A stretch of 64,000 nucleotides of DNA from Paragordius varius (taxonomy: Eukaryota; Animalia; Nematomorpha): positions 1,116,001-1,180,000 of the forward strand of contig OZ176058.1 of the NCBI GenBank assembly GCA_964247055.1, written 5' to 3'. Shown piece by piece: positions 23,278 through 37,000 of the stretch. The notes below the pieces were generated by a model that ran no database searches, was not told the DNA's origin, and was given only the letters and a program-made list of their open reading frames with translations. Each line of letters starts with the position of its first letter. Within the stretch, counting starts at the first letter, position 1. The translations under genes were made by a program, and so were the position numbers.

Positions 23278-25468
23278 TTATTTAAAACTTAATTTTTGAG
23301 TGACTGTTTGTACGGAATCGTGTATAGTTGAAAACATAGCTATTATCTTTTGGTTTTCTTCCATTAACCTTTGTTCTTGACTCATTAGCATATTGTTGTT
23401 GATATTATTATCTGAACCTATAGTAGTCGATACGATCCGGTCTGGCTCCAGTAATTTGCTTTTACTTATCTTATAGCTTGATGGGTTGGCACGCAAAAAT
23501 TTTGATTGTTTTTTTCTAGGTCTTTGCGATGTACTAGATCTTAACAATTCTCTTGACTCATTAACATAATTTTCTAAGGATAATTCTTGGGCAGGTGGCG
23601 GTTTTGAATCATTTAAGTCTGCAATTGCTGAAGCTGTACTACTATTGGTGGTACTACTCTGACTACCGTTCCTATTTTTGGCGTACAAGTCGGTTGATGA
23701 CGTTGAAGACACATGTTTAGTTTTTTCTGTAATCCTCACACTATTTATTTGATTGAGGGGGTTGTTTAATAAGTTGTCCTTATTCTCACTTTCTGTACAG
23801 AAGGCGAGCTTTTGTGGATCAGTAACTATGAATTCAATAGGGGTCATGTTTCCATTCGGGTCAACATTTAAAACAACTGAATGAATTTGCCTTACACTTC
23901 TTTCATCAGGATCGAGAAACTTGTCTAATGCGTGGGCAGTGGCGTTTGTTAGGAATGATGACTCAGTTTTTTTCAAAACGGACGAGCTTGATGATGATGG
24001 TAATGATTGTATTGTCGGTACAGCATTATTTATATTCGATACATTTTTTTGCCTACTTTCTGTTTTAGCACTATTATTATTCTTTATTTTTGTCCTTAAC
24101 TTATCAATAATACTTTGATTGTTTCCTCTATTATTGTTATGGGGTGGCGGTTGTGAATACGAATCGTGATTTTCTGAGTCTTCAGAAAAAATTTCCAAAT
24201 CTTGAACCAGATAATATCTCCGGTATGGCACCTCCTTCATAAACACGCAAAAGCCCAGCACAAAGGTAAGGAGAAACAGAAAGAGTACTAACAATAATAT
24301 TATGAGCCATCCTCCTAACGGAATTGGTTCACGCTTTTCATCAAATTTATTACCATTAGAACCTAAATAAATTATATATATGTATAATTAATTATATCTA
24401 CGTTTAAAAATATAACCTCTTGTCATTGATGCCAATGACTAAATCGATATTTAAAAACAACATTTATCTGGAAATGGGGTTTCTTTAATAAATTAAATGA
24501 AGAACCAATAGTCCTTATTATTTAAACTCTACCTTACCCCTGTGCTATTTTATAGCTAACTGTGTTGTGCTAACCCCGTCGGTTGGTCTAATACCTAATA
24601 TCATTTTGTGTTACCAGTAATCAGTTGACCAATATTCATGCAAAATTTTATCCAAGTTTGCACTTTAATTTCTTTTTTATGTTATACCTTTTCCGAATTT
24701 AGTGAGACTTGTCCGTTCCGGCAACGAGATTGATAATGAATGATGTATCAATGATTTTTTATACGCATATTTTTGGCTTTTATTTTGATAGGCTTGATTG
24801 AATTGCAATAATAACTCTTGTATTTGACGATCGTTATCCCTGTATACTGGGTTGGCGGTTGTTGTTTGATGGGTGTTTGCTTTAATGTTTTGTACAAGTA
24901 GTTCATTCCATAAACTTTGTATTTTCTCGGGTACTTTAGATCCGTTGTTAAAGTTATCGACCATTTTAGAAGATTGTGAATTGTTTGACTGTTTATAAAA
25001 TGTTTCTAATCCAATTGGCAAAGTGTCAGACCTGAAAGGTGCTGGAGATTGCTCAAGTATTTTTTTCACAACTCTGTTTCGTATTTGTTTGATGATATTC
25101 TTCACCGTAGAATAATTGTAGGTTTCTTGTGGTTTAACCACATACCTTTTTGGAATGGATTGAGTTGTTGCCAATGTTTTAAGAAACGTTTGATTTTTTT
25201 CCAATATATTTGTAACATAAATAGCTTTTGGTGTGGGCGCAGTATGCTCACCAACTAACTCATTTGTTAACCCATTTAGGGCATTTATCAAATGATGATT
25301 ACCGTTTGTTGTAATGTTTGTTAAATCTCTACCAAATGTTGTTTTTGTTGTATTGCGGGATTTAATAATTTCAGCCTTAGAACTTGTTTTTGTAGGAGTA
25401 GCCATCCTACATAAGCTAAAACATGCAATGACAATTAATAATGGTTTTGTTAATTGCATAGTAGTCAT
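23278..25468 (-). CDS. Orphan type-I membrane protein, copy 1 (621 aa, 2 exons)
   Basis: Exon 1 is 25468-24688 (781 nt, signal peptide plus S/T/N/K-rich ectodomain, donor AAAG|gtataa). Exon 2 is 24362-23278 (ttatttag|, phase 1), reading GSNGNKFDEKREPIPLGGWLIILLLVLFLFLLTFVLGFCVFMKEVPYRR (TM helix followed by basic residues) plus a ~315-aa low-complexity tail. This joins two ORF-track entries. The same splice sites occur in all three copies. Confidence 0.85.
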
Positions 25469-28400
25469 TTTTTTTGATAATTTTTTTAAATGCCAATATA
25501 TAGTTTTAAGTGATTGTTGACATCATAGCTTACGTCAAATTATTTTCATTTGTAAAATATGTTTTTATTATGAGAGGCGGGTGGTCTATAATAATGAGTG
25601 GGTAAAAGTCGCATTTAACTTGTAAGTCAAGCGTGGCAGGTTAGCAAGTTTACTTAAGCCAGCAAGTGTACACTTGAAGATCTGTGATAAAAAACGCTTA
25701 AGTCAAGTCTTTTGCTTATGAATGCAACAGTTTTTTGCCACCCAATTCGAATTTTATGGAAACTTTTTTAATTTTCAGCTAAAATTTATGATAAGGCACA
25801 AAAAATAAACAATAAATACAATATGCATTTATTGAAGGTTTTCAAACTCACTGGCACATATTTTATTTAATAGAGTTTTCTAAATATTGAGCCTGGTAAT
25901 AATTTTTAGATTGATGAATTCGCCCTTAAAGTTCCAATATTTTACCACACTACACATTTTGTTTGGAGTTCATTTGCAAATATATTGATTATCAACATTG
26001 CATTCGAAATAAATTTATAATGAAATAAACTCTTTATAATTTTAATGAGAAAGTAACCTTCAGCGTCTATTATTTTGTGTAAAACAAAGATTTAAATAAT
26101 TTAAACAATAATATTTAATTATTAATTTAAAATGTTTTCAATCAAATTTTTTTGCGGATTGACGGAATTGATAAATTTATATTTTTATATGCACTGTTCT
26201 TAAATATTAGCAGAGTTTTTTTAAAAATTTATCATCTTTTGAATCAACCCAATTTAAATAGGTTAATTAGCTAAATATTATCAAACAAACAGTTTATAGC
26301 ATTGACAAAGGTTTTATTTACATAAAAAACCTAAACTAAATATAGATATATAATAAAAGGGTTCCAAAATAATTATATCCCTATTTTTTTAACTGTCAAG
26401 TTTGTCCTACACCACACTTTCTAAATCTTCAGGTTATCTTGATCATATGATTTTATATCACCTTCGAAGCAAGTTTTCGTGCTTAAAAATCATATAATGT
26501 TAAATTTTTTTATCATTTAAACGAATGACCTTTAAATCTTGCAAGTCAAGTCAAAAAGTTTTTTATTCCCCAACTCTTATTATCAAACCGTAATAGATCA
26601 AATATTTTCAAGGTAGCCATGTATTACGAATCCTAAGGCTATCCTGAGAATAGTTTCAAACACAAGATATTTGGTGACCTATTTTATAAAATCTTTTACA
26701 CGGAATGGGACGTAATTGAGAGGCTAGGGGCTTGATCATTTTCAGGGCCATATTGAGGATAAAAATGCTTTACTTTAATACTTTGTTACCTTTTCGTTTT
26801 TTGTAAGCGAATGCATTTTGAGCTAGTTTTTTTCCCAAGGCAAGTTATAAAATTACTTTGTAAGATGTTTGGGTTGAAATTGTTCTCATGTATTTGAAAA
26901 AAACTCATATTTCCTAAATTTTCGTACCAAAATAGGTCGAAAGAGCACCTGATTTTAAATATACAATCGGCATTAGCTAATAAAATCTATGTTAAAAGCT
27001 TTCTACAGTTAAATATTTCCATTTATAATCATTTACATTTATTTGCCTTGGTATTAGCGTTATAAAACAATAAAAAATGGTGAAAAATTTTAAAAAAAGA
27101 ATTTTATCTATTCTGTATTAAATTTTTTTTAAGCATTCTCCTAAAAGGCTTAAGAAAATATATTTTTATTTTCAACCAATAATTAATATATTTTTTAAGA
27201 TTTTATTTTTGGTTTAGGATGTTAGATTAGAAATTAGTGAAGTGTTAAAATCAAAGAGACCTACATGTTTTCAAAAGGTTTATTAAAGCAAATTTTTAAA
27301 TTTTTATATTTTATTACTAAAAAATCCATTTATTAATTTCTATCTACAGTCTTTCTGGATCTTAACCTTCAGATCATCCATAAAATAAGTTATAAAAGAT
27401 TTTAATATCCCTTTTTTATATTAAGATATAAATGTAAACTCTTGCAATGGCTTATTGCATATCATTTAAATTTTTTGGAACAAGCTTGGGGTTATCAACG
27501 ACCCAAATCTGATTCCAAGGACAGAAATGAATGTGTTTTATCCAAATGTTTATAAACAATTTTAAAATAAAATTTAAATACCGTATTTTTTTGGCTCCTT
27601 ATTACGAAGTTTTTACCAATATAAACCTTAAATATAAACACAAAATTATTGTAAATGCCAAACTTTGAAGACACACTTTATTCGTAAATTTTCATATATC
27701 TTTTCGGTATTAAATAAAAATTAGAAAGGAGAGTTGGTCATATATGTATGGATATATAAATCAAAAATATATTTTTTTATAATTCGTGGATTTATTACAG
27801 TATGAGTAAGTATATATTGCGAGAAAGTTATTAATTATTGCCGAATAGCATATGCAGCAGCAAAGAGAATTATTATTGGCTAATAATAATAAAAAGTGAA
27901 AAAAATAAATCCAAGCCAATAATATATCTCTTTGTTGTATATGCTATTTGGCAATAATTAATAACTTTTTAGATGTATACTTACTTACTGTATGTAAAAT
28001 CGAAAAATTTTATGTTCTAGTTTACCACAACACCATTCATTGTTATGCCTTTGGAGTTAATGCTATGTCCATAGTCTTTGTAAAAAATATATTTTAATTT
28101 ATTATTAAAATTATCCAGAGTTCGAAAAGTTTTGGTAAATATATTTTGTAGATTCCTGAATTAATTCTTGTTGGTAACCACATATTTAACGAAATTTTTT
28201 TATATTACATCAAATCTCTTCTTAAATTGGAAAAAACACCTTAGATTATTTTTTACTTATGTTTCCCACAAATAAACAGTATTTATGGGTCAACTGACAA
28301 TAAAAGGATCGATTGTCAGAGGCATCCATTATATTTGTGCTCCTTGTTACATAAACCTAGAAAACAATGCTACTTTGCATAAATGTTATTTGTGTACTGG

Positions 28401-28575
28401 AATTGAGATACAAAATGAAGCCGAACATTATACATGGATATATATTGTTCAGTGTATAAATATAATTATCAATATAATTTATAAAGACGGAAAAACGATG
28501 TCAAACTATATTTCTAAAATATATATAAAAGAGGGAGAAAGAAAAGTAGTGTGAAATAGTTAGTAATCGTATATA

Positions 28576-29830
28576 TCAAGTGTTGCCTAAGTTTAAAATC
28601 ATGTTTTGAAAGCACATCAATTATTTATTAAATCGTATTCTACACATTTTGCCAATCTATCAGGTAATATATAGAGAGGCTTTGGCAAGAAAATGATTTA
28701 CGACGACCTATTTTCCCAAAGCGAACTCCTTCAAAATTGCGAAGTTCTGCTCTGCAAAGGTGTGCTCCTTTGATGCCAGGATATATAATTATATGGCGTC
28801 AGGTCTTAGCGATTTGGAACTTCACAAAGTGATTTTAGGGTGTACTAAATTGTTTTGCTCTGGGGGACACAGCATTGTCTTGTAGCAAAATTACTTTGAT
28901 TATTTCTTCTGGACCATTCCGGTTGTTTTTCTTGATTATGCATGGTCCAATTGATAATTATTTTTTGGCGATAACCTTATGTATTTATGGATTCAACGAT
29001 TAAAAATTAAAATGCTCAATACTTCTCTAATATCAAGCAGATACATAGCATAGACATATTCCAGTTTTGTTGGCCTTGGTAGTGATGTACCTTATCGCAA
29101 GGTGGCGAAAAACACCATTTTTCCGCTTTTTATTCACAAAATAAAAGCACTTTATGTCACCCGTCGCTATTTGATGCAAAAATTATTTATTTCCGTGGCA
29201 TTTAAGCGATTTTGGCAAATGACTTTTCTATTTTAGATTTGACGCAGAATAATTACCAATTTTTTTGATCTTAACCATTGCTTGTAGACATGTACTGATT
29301 GTTTTACATACAATGACTTCGCTAATAACCGTTATTTTAACTTTTATAATCTTTTAACTCTTATAATTTATATTTTCCCAGTTGTGTGGAATACCAACAC
29401 ATTCTCTTTTACAGTGTCACACCACGAACTTAAATTACATTTGGTTAAAATCAAGGAAATATCATTATGTGTTTAACAGTAAACAATAACTTTCAGCATG
29501 GTTTCCTCTGATGGAACAAAAAAATAATGCGTGCTGAAAATATTCTTGTGTAGGATAAAATTCGACATTCTTGAATATGATTGGTTAATGTTAGATGAGC
29601 AAAATGGTGTCTGGTCAAAACATTCGGTTGCATTTTTTACTGACGTGTCGGTAATATTATCCATCATAAGGTTAATCGGATCCCTAATCTTTGTATGCTT
29701 TTCCGCTGCAGAGATTTGGGAATCATAAACGTTTGCGTGTAAAATAAATGGAAAGATTAAATCATTAACATTGTAATTATTTATAAAATCAACTTCAACA
29801 CCCCTGTGAACAAAACTGTCACACTTTGAT
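28576..29830 (-). mobile_element. Decayed mariner transposon, Mos1/mauritiana-like (about 1.25 kb)
   Basis: The transposase remnant starts MSNF at 29568. Across frameshifts it reads ..EYFQHALFFC..AESY, FLHQIATGDIKCFYFVNKKRK, VILLQDNA and LASKEHTFAEQNF, parallel to Mos1 FLHRIVTGDEKWIFFVNPKRK, VIFLHDNA and FASMGHALAEQRF. Degenerate TIRs lie near 28576 and 29830. Confidence 0.88.
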
Positions 29831-30245
29831 AGTATTAGGAGGGCTACGAATCTAATAATCTGATGACGGTTAAAGTAGTGAGATCAGAAAACATGGCCGA
29901 TGCAAAAAACGCTGGAGGGACCATCTAATCAAACAGATCTAATCATTATTACAAAAAAGCTTCTGTAACCGAACAAATAGTCAAAATATATTTGAAATTA
30001 ACTGATACCCCAATAGGTACTTAAGTACGATATATATGGCCACCGGTCGCAAACGTTTTAATCTGCTTTAATGTTAAATTTTTCTCACTCATTATATACT
30101 TATTTTTAAAAGATTTGTAATTAAACTAATATTATAATTATTATAATCTAATGTATGATTTATTATTTAAGTAAATTATTTAACCTTATTATTTTTGAAT
30201 CAATTATCAAAATTTTTCCATGATAGGAATTTTAATTAATATCTT

Positions 30246-30371
30246 CACCATATGTTATAACAATTTAAAGCAGGAATGTCTATCACGCTTTGTTCGGTAT
30301 GCAAAAGTGCTCTAAAAAAATGTTAAAAAAAATAAAAAATTGAATTTCATTAACAAATTTATGATTATTTC
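30246..30371. promoter_or_regulatory. Highly conserved non-coding block about 700 bp upstream of the micro-exon gene
   Basis: Matches 55822-55946 except for one substitution and one homopolymer indel, while the flanks are clearly more diverged. Confidence 0.5.
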
Positions 30372-30914
30372 AAAGATCTATCACATCCAAAAATGGGTCT
30401 CAAAATAAAAACCAAAAATTACAAAGCTGCCCACGAAGATATTTGTGTAAGACACTCCTGATTAAAACATATCATTAATAACGTAAAATAAACTGGTTAC
30501 ATAATCAGATCAACGCAGATAAAATTCTAGTCAGGACCGGAATATAATTCTTGCATGTGCCCGCTTTTTTTATCATTTTCTCTATTTACCATTTACAGAC
30601 CCGTATAATTAATAATATTTTTTATTGCTATATTTAGGTTGACAAAATTAAAATCAGCATACTTTTTCATTTACATTTAGAGATACATTAACGTTGATAG
30701 TAAACAAACAAGGAAATAAGAAATTTAAATTCTAGATTTGACGGCTGGATAAATTATTTTAATTAACTGTACCCTAAAATAAAAATTAAACGGCGTGATG
30801 TAAAACAAACACACATGAAATTAAAATTGATAAATGAGAAGCAGTTATAACTAACATAAAAATTTCATTAAAATGAACCCTAAAATCGAAATTAACCCTT
30901 AATAAACGAAAACT

Positions 30915-31025
30915 GAACACACTGTACTACTTGATTGGTAAAAACAAATACAGGTGATACATACCTCGTTATTTTAATAAAAAAAGATATAAATACCAAA
31001 ACACTATCTATTATTCATCATTTCA
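30915..31025 (+). promoter_or_regulatory. Core promoter of micro-exon gene copy 1
   Basis: Inverted CCAAT (ATTGG, 30934), E-box CAGGTG (30951), TATAAATA (30988-30995) and an Inr-like TCATT about 30 nt further on. Nearly identical at 56766-56875. Confidence 0.65.
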
Positions 31026-31071
31026 TTTTTAATTTTTATATCATCGAAAATTCAATTCACTACATAATAAT

Positions 31072-34000
31072 ATGGAGCAATCACTTGGTGGAACTATTAA
31101 TTTACGATTTGTGACAATGGCTTGTTTTATTAGTTTGATGATTGCTGCTCTAATATTCCCAATAGAAGTGAATAGCTGTATGCATTAAACATCTTTTACT
31201 ATGATTGAATTTATCAATTTTTTTTAAATTTTTGTTAATATACAGTAAAAAATTAAAATTATACGGACAAAACGTAAAAATATAAAGACAAATATTTTTA
31301 TTTAAATACAACCACACTTTTTAAAACTTAATTTTTCTAAATATAACTTATTGTTTCAATATATAAAGTATGAAATAGAGATGTTTATTAGTAACACAAT
31401 CCATTATATAATTTGCAGTTCAAAACAATCAGATACATTAAAATGATACTATATTTAAAAAGGTAGTCTTTTAGAAAAAGATATTTGTCCTTATATTTTT
31501 ACGTTTGATTTTAAATTTAATTTAAAAACTTCTGATGATGCCATTGGGAGAACATTTGAGTTTTTAATAAAAAACCTATTTTTATTTCTTACATTATTCA
31601 CACGACGTTAATACGAATGTTATTTAACAACCCTTCGTCGTCACCCACACAAAATTATATGCTATTTGTTTATACTTTTTTAGGCCCATCGTATGGTAAG
31701 TGTAATCCAATTATCATTTACACTTCTAATTCACCCTAAAATAATTTATTTATAAGTTTTCTTAAATTTCAAATTATCTATATTTTTTATGCGAAATTTT
31801 GTTTAAAATTAAAATAATACTGAAAAAATCATAAACTAAGCTGGGGGTGAATTTGAATCGTTCAAGAGTTATTTGAATTCAAGGGTAAATTTAAATTGTA
31901 AATGATATATGTTAGATAAATATATTTTTTCTAGGTAGAGGAGGGCAACCTGGTAGGCCTGGACAGCCTGGTAGAATTTATATTTTGCAAATATTTTACA
32001 CTTTTTTTTATTGAAAATTAATTAAAATTATTTTTACTAACACTAACCCTAATAATTAGTAGAATTTACGTAAAATTTATATATATAGTAAACACGGCCT
32101 AATATTAATGTTGGTGATTGGCTTAATACAGTAGTGTATTGGTAAAAACAACAAGAAATAGTTGAAATTAATCAATTTTTCTCATCTAACAGCGTTTCTA
32201 AGGTTGATTGATTATTTAGTTTTATGGACTAAATTAGTTTCAAATATACCCTACTGTATTATACCATTTGAACAACAATAAAGTGAATTGGCTAGCTTAA
32301 ACATGCACATACTGTAGGCTCAATTATATAATCGATAAAACATATACTATAAAACAGTGCACAAATTATATAAGAATGATTCTCCTGGGGCTTTTAGACT
32401 TGAGCCTTACGAGTTAGTTAAGAAAGATATTTTATTTTTATGGCTGCTCCCTATGAAAGATCGCAAAATTGGTCCAGAATTAATATTGTGGTAAAGGTTA
32501 AGAACTTAATTTTTTCATATAAATATCTGAAGTTGAAAATCAAAACAGTAATTATATTTCAGAAAGTTAAATTTGGCTGAAATCTTTTTAATACAAAAAA
32601 ACTGAAATTATACGGATAAAACGAAAAATATAAAGACAAATATTTTATTCTAAAAGACCCATACTTTTTAAATTTAGATTATATCAACAAAGCTCATTGT
32701 TATAAAAGTGTCAAATAGAGTATATAATACTACACAATCAATTCTATATTTTACAATTGTAACTTAATAGTAGCTTATATGAGAAAAATTAAGGTTTTGA
32801 AAGTATGGGGTTGTCTTTTAGAAAAAGATATTTGTCTTTACATTTTTACGTTTTGTCCATATAATATCGATTTTTACTGTATATGGTATTTGGATTATGG
32901 TGTGAGGGTTTAAAAATACGCTAACATATCATAATTATGCTTTAAGTAAATTTGTAAAAACTCCGCTATTCACATTAAATTTGGAAACGAACGAAATTAC
33001 AGTAAAAACTAATTTTACGGACAAAACGAAACATATAAAGACAAATATAAAGACAGCCATAGTTTTTTAAAACTTATTTTATGCTATATAAATACTATTA
33101 AATTAAAATTGTAAATTATATAATTGATTCTATTACCAATGATACTATATTCCATACTATGCAATTTAAAACAATGAGTTGTATTGAAATAATTCAAGTT
33201 TACAAAAGTATCATTGTCTTTTAGAAAAAGATATTTGTTTTCGCATTTTTATGTTTTGTCCGTAATATTTCAATATTTACTGTAATTTATAATATAAATT
33301 AATTTATTATTATTAGGTGGTGGGCGAAGAATAGGAGGGCAACCTGGACGACCCGGACAGCCTGGTATATCTTAAACATTCTTTCAATCTAAAATATGGT
33401 CAACTTTTATACATGTTACAAATAACCCTTAAAACTCTTTCTGATTAACAAAGAAACTAAATCATTATATAAATACGAAAAAAAATCGTTATTTTTTAAT
33501 TTTATTTATTTTAATTCTCATTATTGCAATGTAGAAATACCATTTAACATAATATATTTTAATTTTAGGTGGATATGCCTATAGTAAGGACGCCATTTTT
33601 ATTTTACAACATTTTTGCAAAATATCGTGTTTATTTGATTCTAAGGCTGAAATTAAGTCACTTTTTATTAAAATCGGCTAATGCACACATCTCATGTTGA
33701 CTAAATTTTTACCTTTAAGTTTTACCTTAAAATAAGTAACATCAAGAATTTTTGACATTTTTATATATTTTGGTTAATTAATGTTGTAAAAGTGGAAAAT
33801 TTTGCCATAGTTTAAATTTATTACATATTTTTGATATTTTAATCTTAAAACCTGGGGTATCTAACGACCCTAATTTGAATCGAAGGACTGAAATGAATGT
33901 ATTGTATTCGAGTGTTGATTTACTTTTAAAATTTTAAATATTTTTTTATTGAATTCGTTGTTAGTATGAATATAATAAGACAAAAATAAAAAATACCAAT

Positions 34001-37000
34001 TTTTTAAGGTATTCACGGACAACCCGGAGAGCCTGGACAGCCGGGTAATTTATAACTTTTTATTTTAAAAAAACACAAGATATACATAAAAAGTAGATAA
34101 TGCCAAAAAAATTTATACTAAAATTGAAATTATACGGACAAAATATAAAAATATTAAAATAAATATTTTTTTCTACAAGACAATACTTTTTAAAACTTAT
34201 TTTTTGCTATATAAATATCATTAAATTAATATTGTAAAATATATAATTGTTTCTATTACCAATGACACTCTATTTCATACTATGCAATTTCAAACAATGA
34301 GAGTTTTATTGAAATAATTCAAGTTTACAAAAGTATGATTGTCTTTTAGAAAAAAACATTTGTCCATATATTTTTCGTTTTAATCCGTATAATTTCAATA
34401 TTTCTGTAATTTGTAGAATAGATTATAATATATTTAACTATTAGGTGGTGGGCCAAGAATAGGAGGGCAACCTGGACGGCCCGGACAGCCTGGTATATCT
34501 TAAACATTATTTCAATCTAAAATAATATGGTCAACTTTTTTTACATATGTTAAAAATAACCCTTAAAACTCTTTCTGATTAACAAAGAAACTAAATCATT
34601 ATATAAATACGAGAAAGAAATGGTTACTATTTTAATTTTATATATTTTAATCTAAAACAGCTATCTAATCATTATTCCAGTGCAATATAATTTAATGTAA
34701 TTTATTTTATTTTAGGTGGATATGTCTATGGTAAGCGTATGCAATACATTTTCTAAAGCTGTATATATATTTATTTTAACAATGTATACCTTATATTAAA
34801 ATTTAACTTATAAAAAGACAAAATTGAATTTTTTTCGAAAAAAACATTACTCGTGATCACCGGTTAATTCAATTTTTAATGGGGGTATCTAAATACCCCT
34901 AAGTTGATATTTAAAAACTACTGAAAGAACGGTTTCAATCCAAAATTATACTTCTATCCTAATAAAAATTATACTAAAAAGCCAAAATAACTTAATAAAA
35001 TTTAGTTTTAAAAAAAATTCAGTACCAAACAGCTTCGACGGCATTTTTATTTTACAACATTTTTCAAAAATATCGTGTTTATTAGATTAGGCTAAAAAGA
35101 GTTTAACTTTTGATTAAAATCACATAACATTAAGATAATCACATTATTTTTATATTTAGCTAATTCACACATCTCATGTTAGCTAAGTTTTTACCTTTGA
35201 GTTGTACTTGTAATATCGTGTGTTTTAAAAATATTTTATATATTAAAGTTAATTAATGTTATAAAAGTGCAAACTTTTACCATGGTTTTAATTTATTCCA
35301 TATTTTTGATTTTTAATCTTAAACTAAGCTGGGGTATCCAACTACCCCATTTTGAATAGAAGGACGGAAATGAATGTATTGTATCCAAGTGTTAAATAGT
35401 TTTAAAACTTTAAATATTCTTTTTAGTAATTCGTTGTTAACATGAATATAATATGACAAAAATAAAATACCATTTTTCAGGTATTCACGGACAACCCGGA
35501 GAGCCTGGACAGCCTGGTAAATCATATTTTTATTTACAAAACGCAAATACATAAAAAGTATATAATCCCAAAAAAATTTATAGATAACGGGTTAATTCGG
35601 TAAACATATTGCATAAACTCGAGGAAACCTATACGGACAAAACGTAAAAATATAAAGACAAATATTTTTTTTTCAAAAGACAATCATACTTTTTTTAAAA
35701 CTTATTTTGTGCTATATAAATACTATTAAATTGAAATTTAAGATATAAAATTGATTCTATTACCAATGACACGCTATTCCATACTATGCAATTTCAAACA
35801 ATGAGTTTTATTGAAATAATTCAAATTTACAAAAATATGATTGCTTCCTTCGATTTTTACGTTTTATCCGTAGAATTTCAATATTTACTGTAATTTGTAA
35901 TCATTATAATATTTTTGAGAACCGATTTTGTACACTCTGCAAGTAGAACGACTTAATCCCGCCTCCTAAAAAACTAATTTTATGCAAAAAATTTCAAATA
36001 AATATATTTTGTAATGTAAAATTTTATTATATTAATTATTAGGTGGTGGGCGAAGAATAGGAGGGCAACCTGGACGACCCGGACAGCCTGGTTTATGTTA
36101 AACATTATTTCAATCTAAAATATGGTCAACTCTTTTACATGTTAAAAATAACCCTTAAAACTCTTTCTGATTAGTAAAGAAACTAAATCATTATATAAAT
36201 ACGAGAAAAAAATCTTTAATATTTTAATTTTATTTATTTTAATCTAAAACAGCTAAAATCTTATCATTATTCCAGTGCAGAAATATAATTTACTGTAATT
36301 TGCTTTAATTTTAGGTGGAAATGTCTATGGTAAGCGTATTTGCAATACATTTTCCTAAGCTGTATATATATATATATATATATATATTTATTTTTAACAA
36401 ATCTAGAGCCTTATATTAAAATTAAAACTATAGGAAATCAAAATATTAATATTTTTTTCGGAAAAAACATTACTCGTGATCACACTTCGATTTTTAATGG
36501 GGTAACTAAATACCCCTAAGTTGATATATAAAAACTACTAAAAAACGGTTTCAATTTAAATTTATGCTTCTATCCTAATATAAATTATTTTAAAAAGCCG
36601 AAATAAATAAAATTGAGTTTTGAAAAAAGTACCGTACCAAACTGCTTCGACGGCATTTTTTTACAACATTTTTGCAAAATATCGTGCTTATTTGTTTGTA
36701 AGGCTAAAAAAGAGTATAGTTTTTTATTAATATGACATTTAACATTAATATAATTACATAATTTCTATATTTAACTATGTTGGCTAAATTTTTATCTTTG
36801 AGTTTTACCTCTGAATAAATATCGTGTGTTTTTTAAATTTTAATATATATCGGTTAATTAATGTTCTAAAAGTGCAAACTTTTACCATGGTTTAAATTAT
36901 TCCATATTTTTGATATTTTATGCTTAAACAAACCTGGGGTATCCAACGACCTAATTTGAATCGAAGGACTGAAATAAATGTATTGTATCCAAGATGTTAA

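Noticed and set aside
23278-25468. Two separate intronless genes (338 aa and 263 aa), and likewise at 44944-47125
   Set aside because: The 338-aa ORF starts at TTG inside the TM helix. A conserved phase-matched donor/acceptor pair joins the two in all copies.
26390-26900. Possible exons in the GC-richer block shared with about 48050-48550
   Set aside because: All frames contain stops, and the two copies differ by frame-breaking indels. Probably old transposon DNA.
29400-29830. KVRGVTL motif suggesting Polinton DNA polymerase B, and a stop-free ~75-codon frame conserved in both blocks
   Set aside because: Both lie inside the mariner (N-terminal region read off-frame, and the 5' leader). Differences between copies are largely non-synonymous.
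32880-32910. Extra micro-exon TATGGTATTTGGATTATGGT|gtgagg (also about 61735-61765)
   Set aside because: No adjacent AG acceptor, and no frame fitting the phase-1 Gly pattern.
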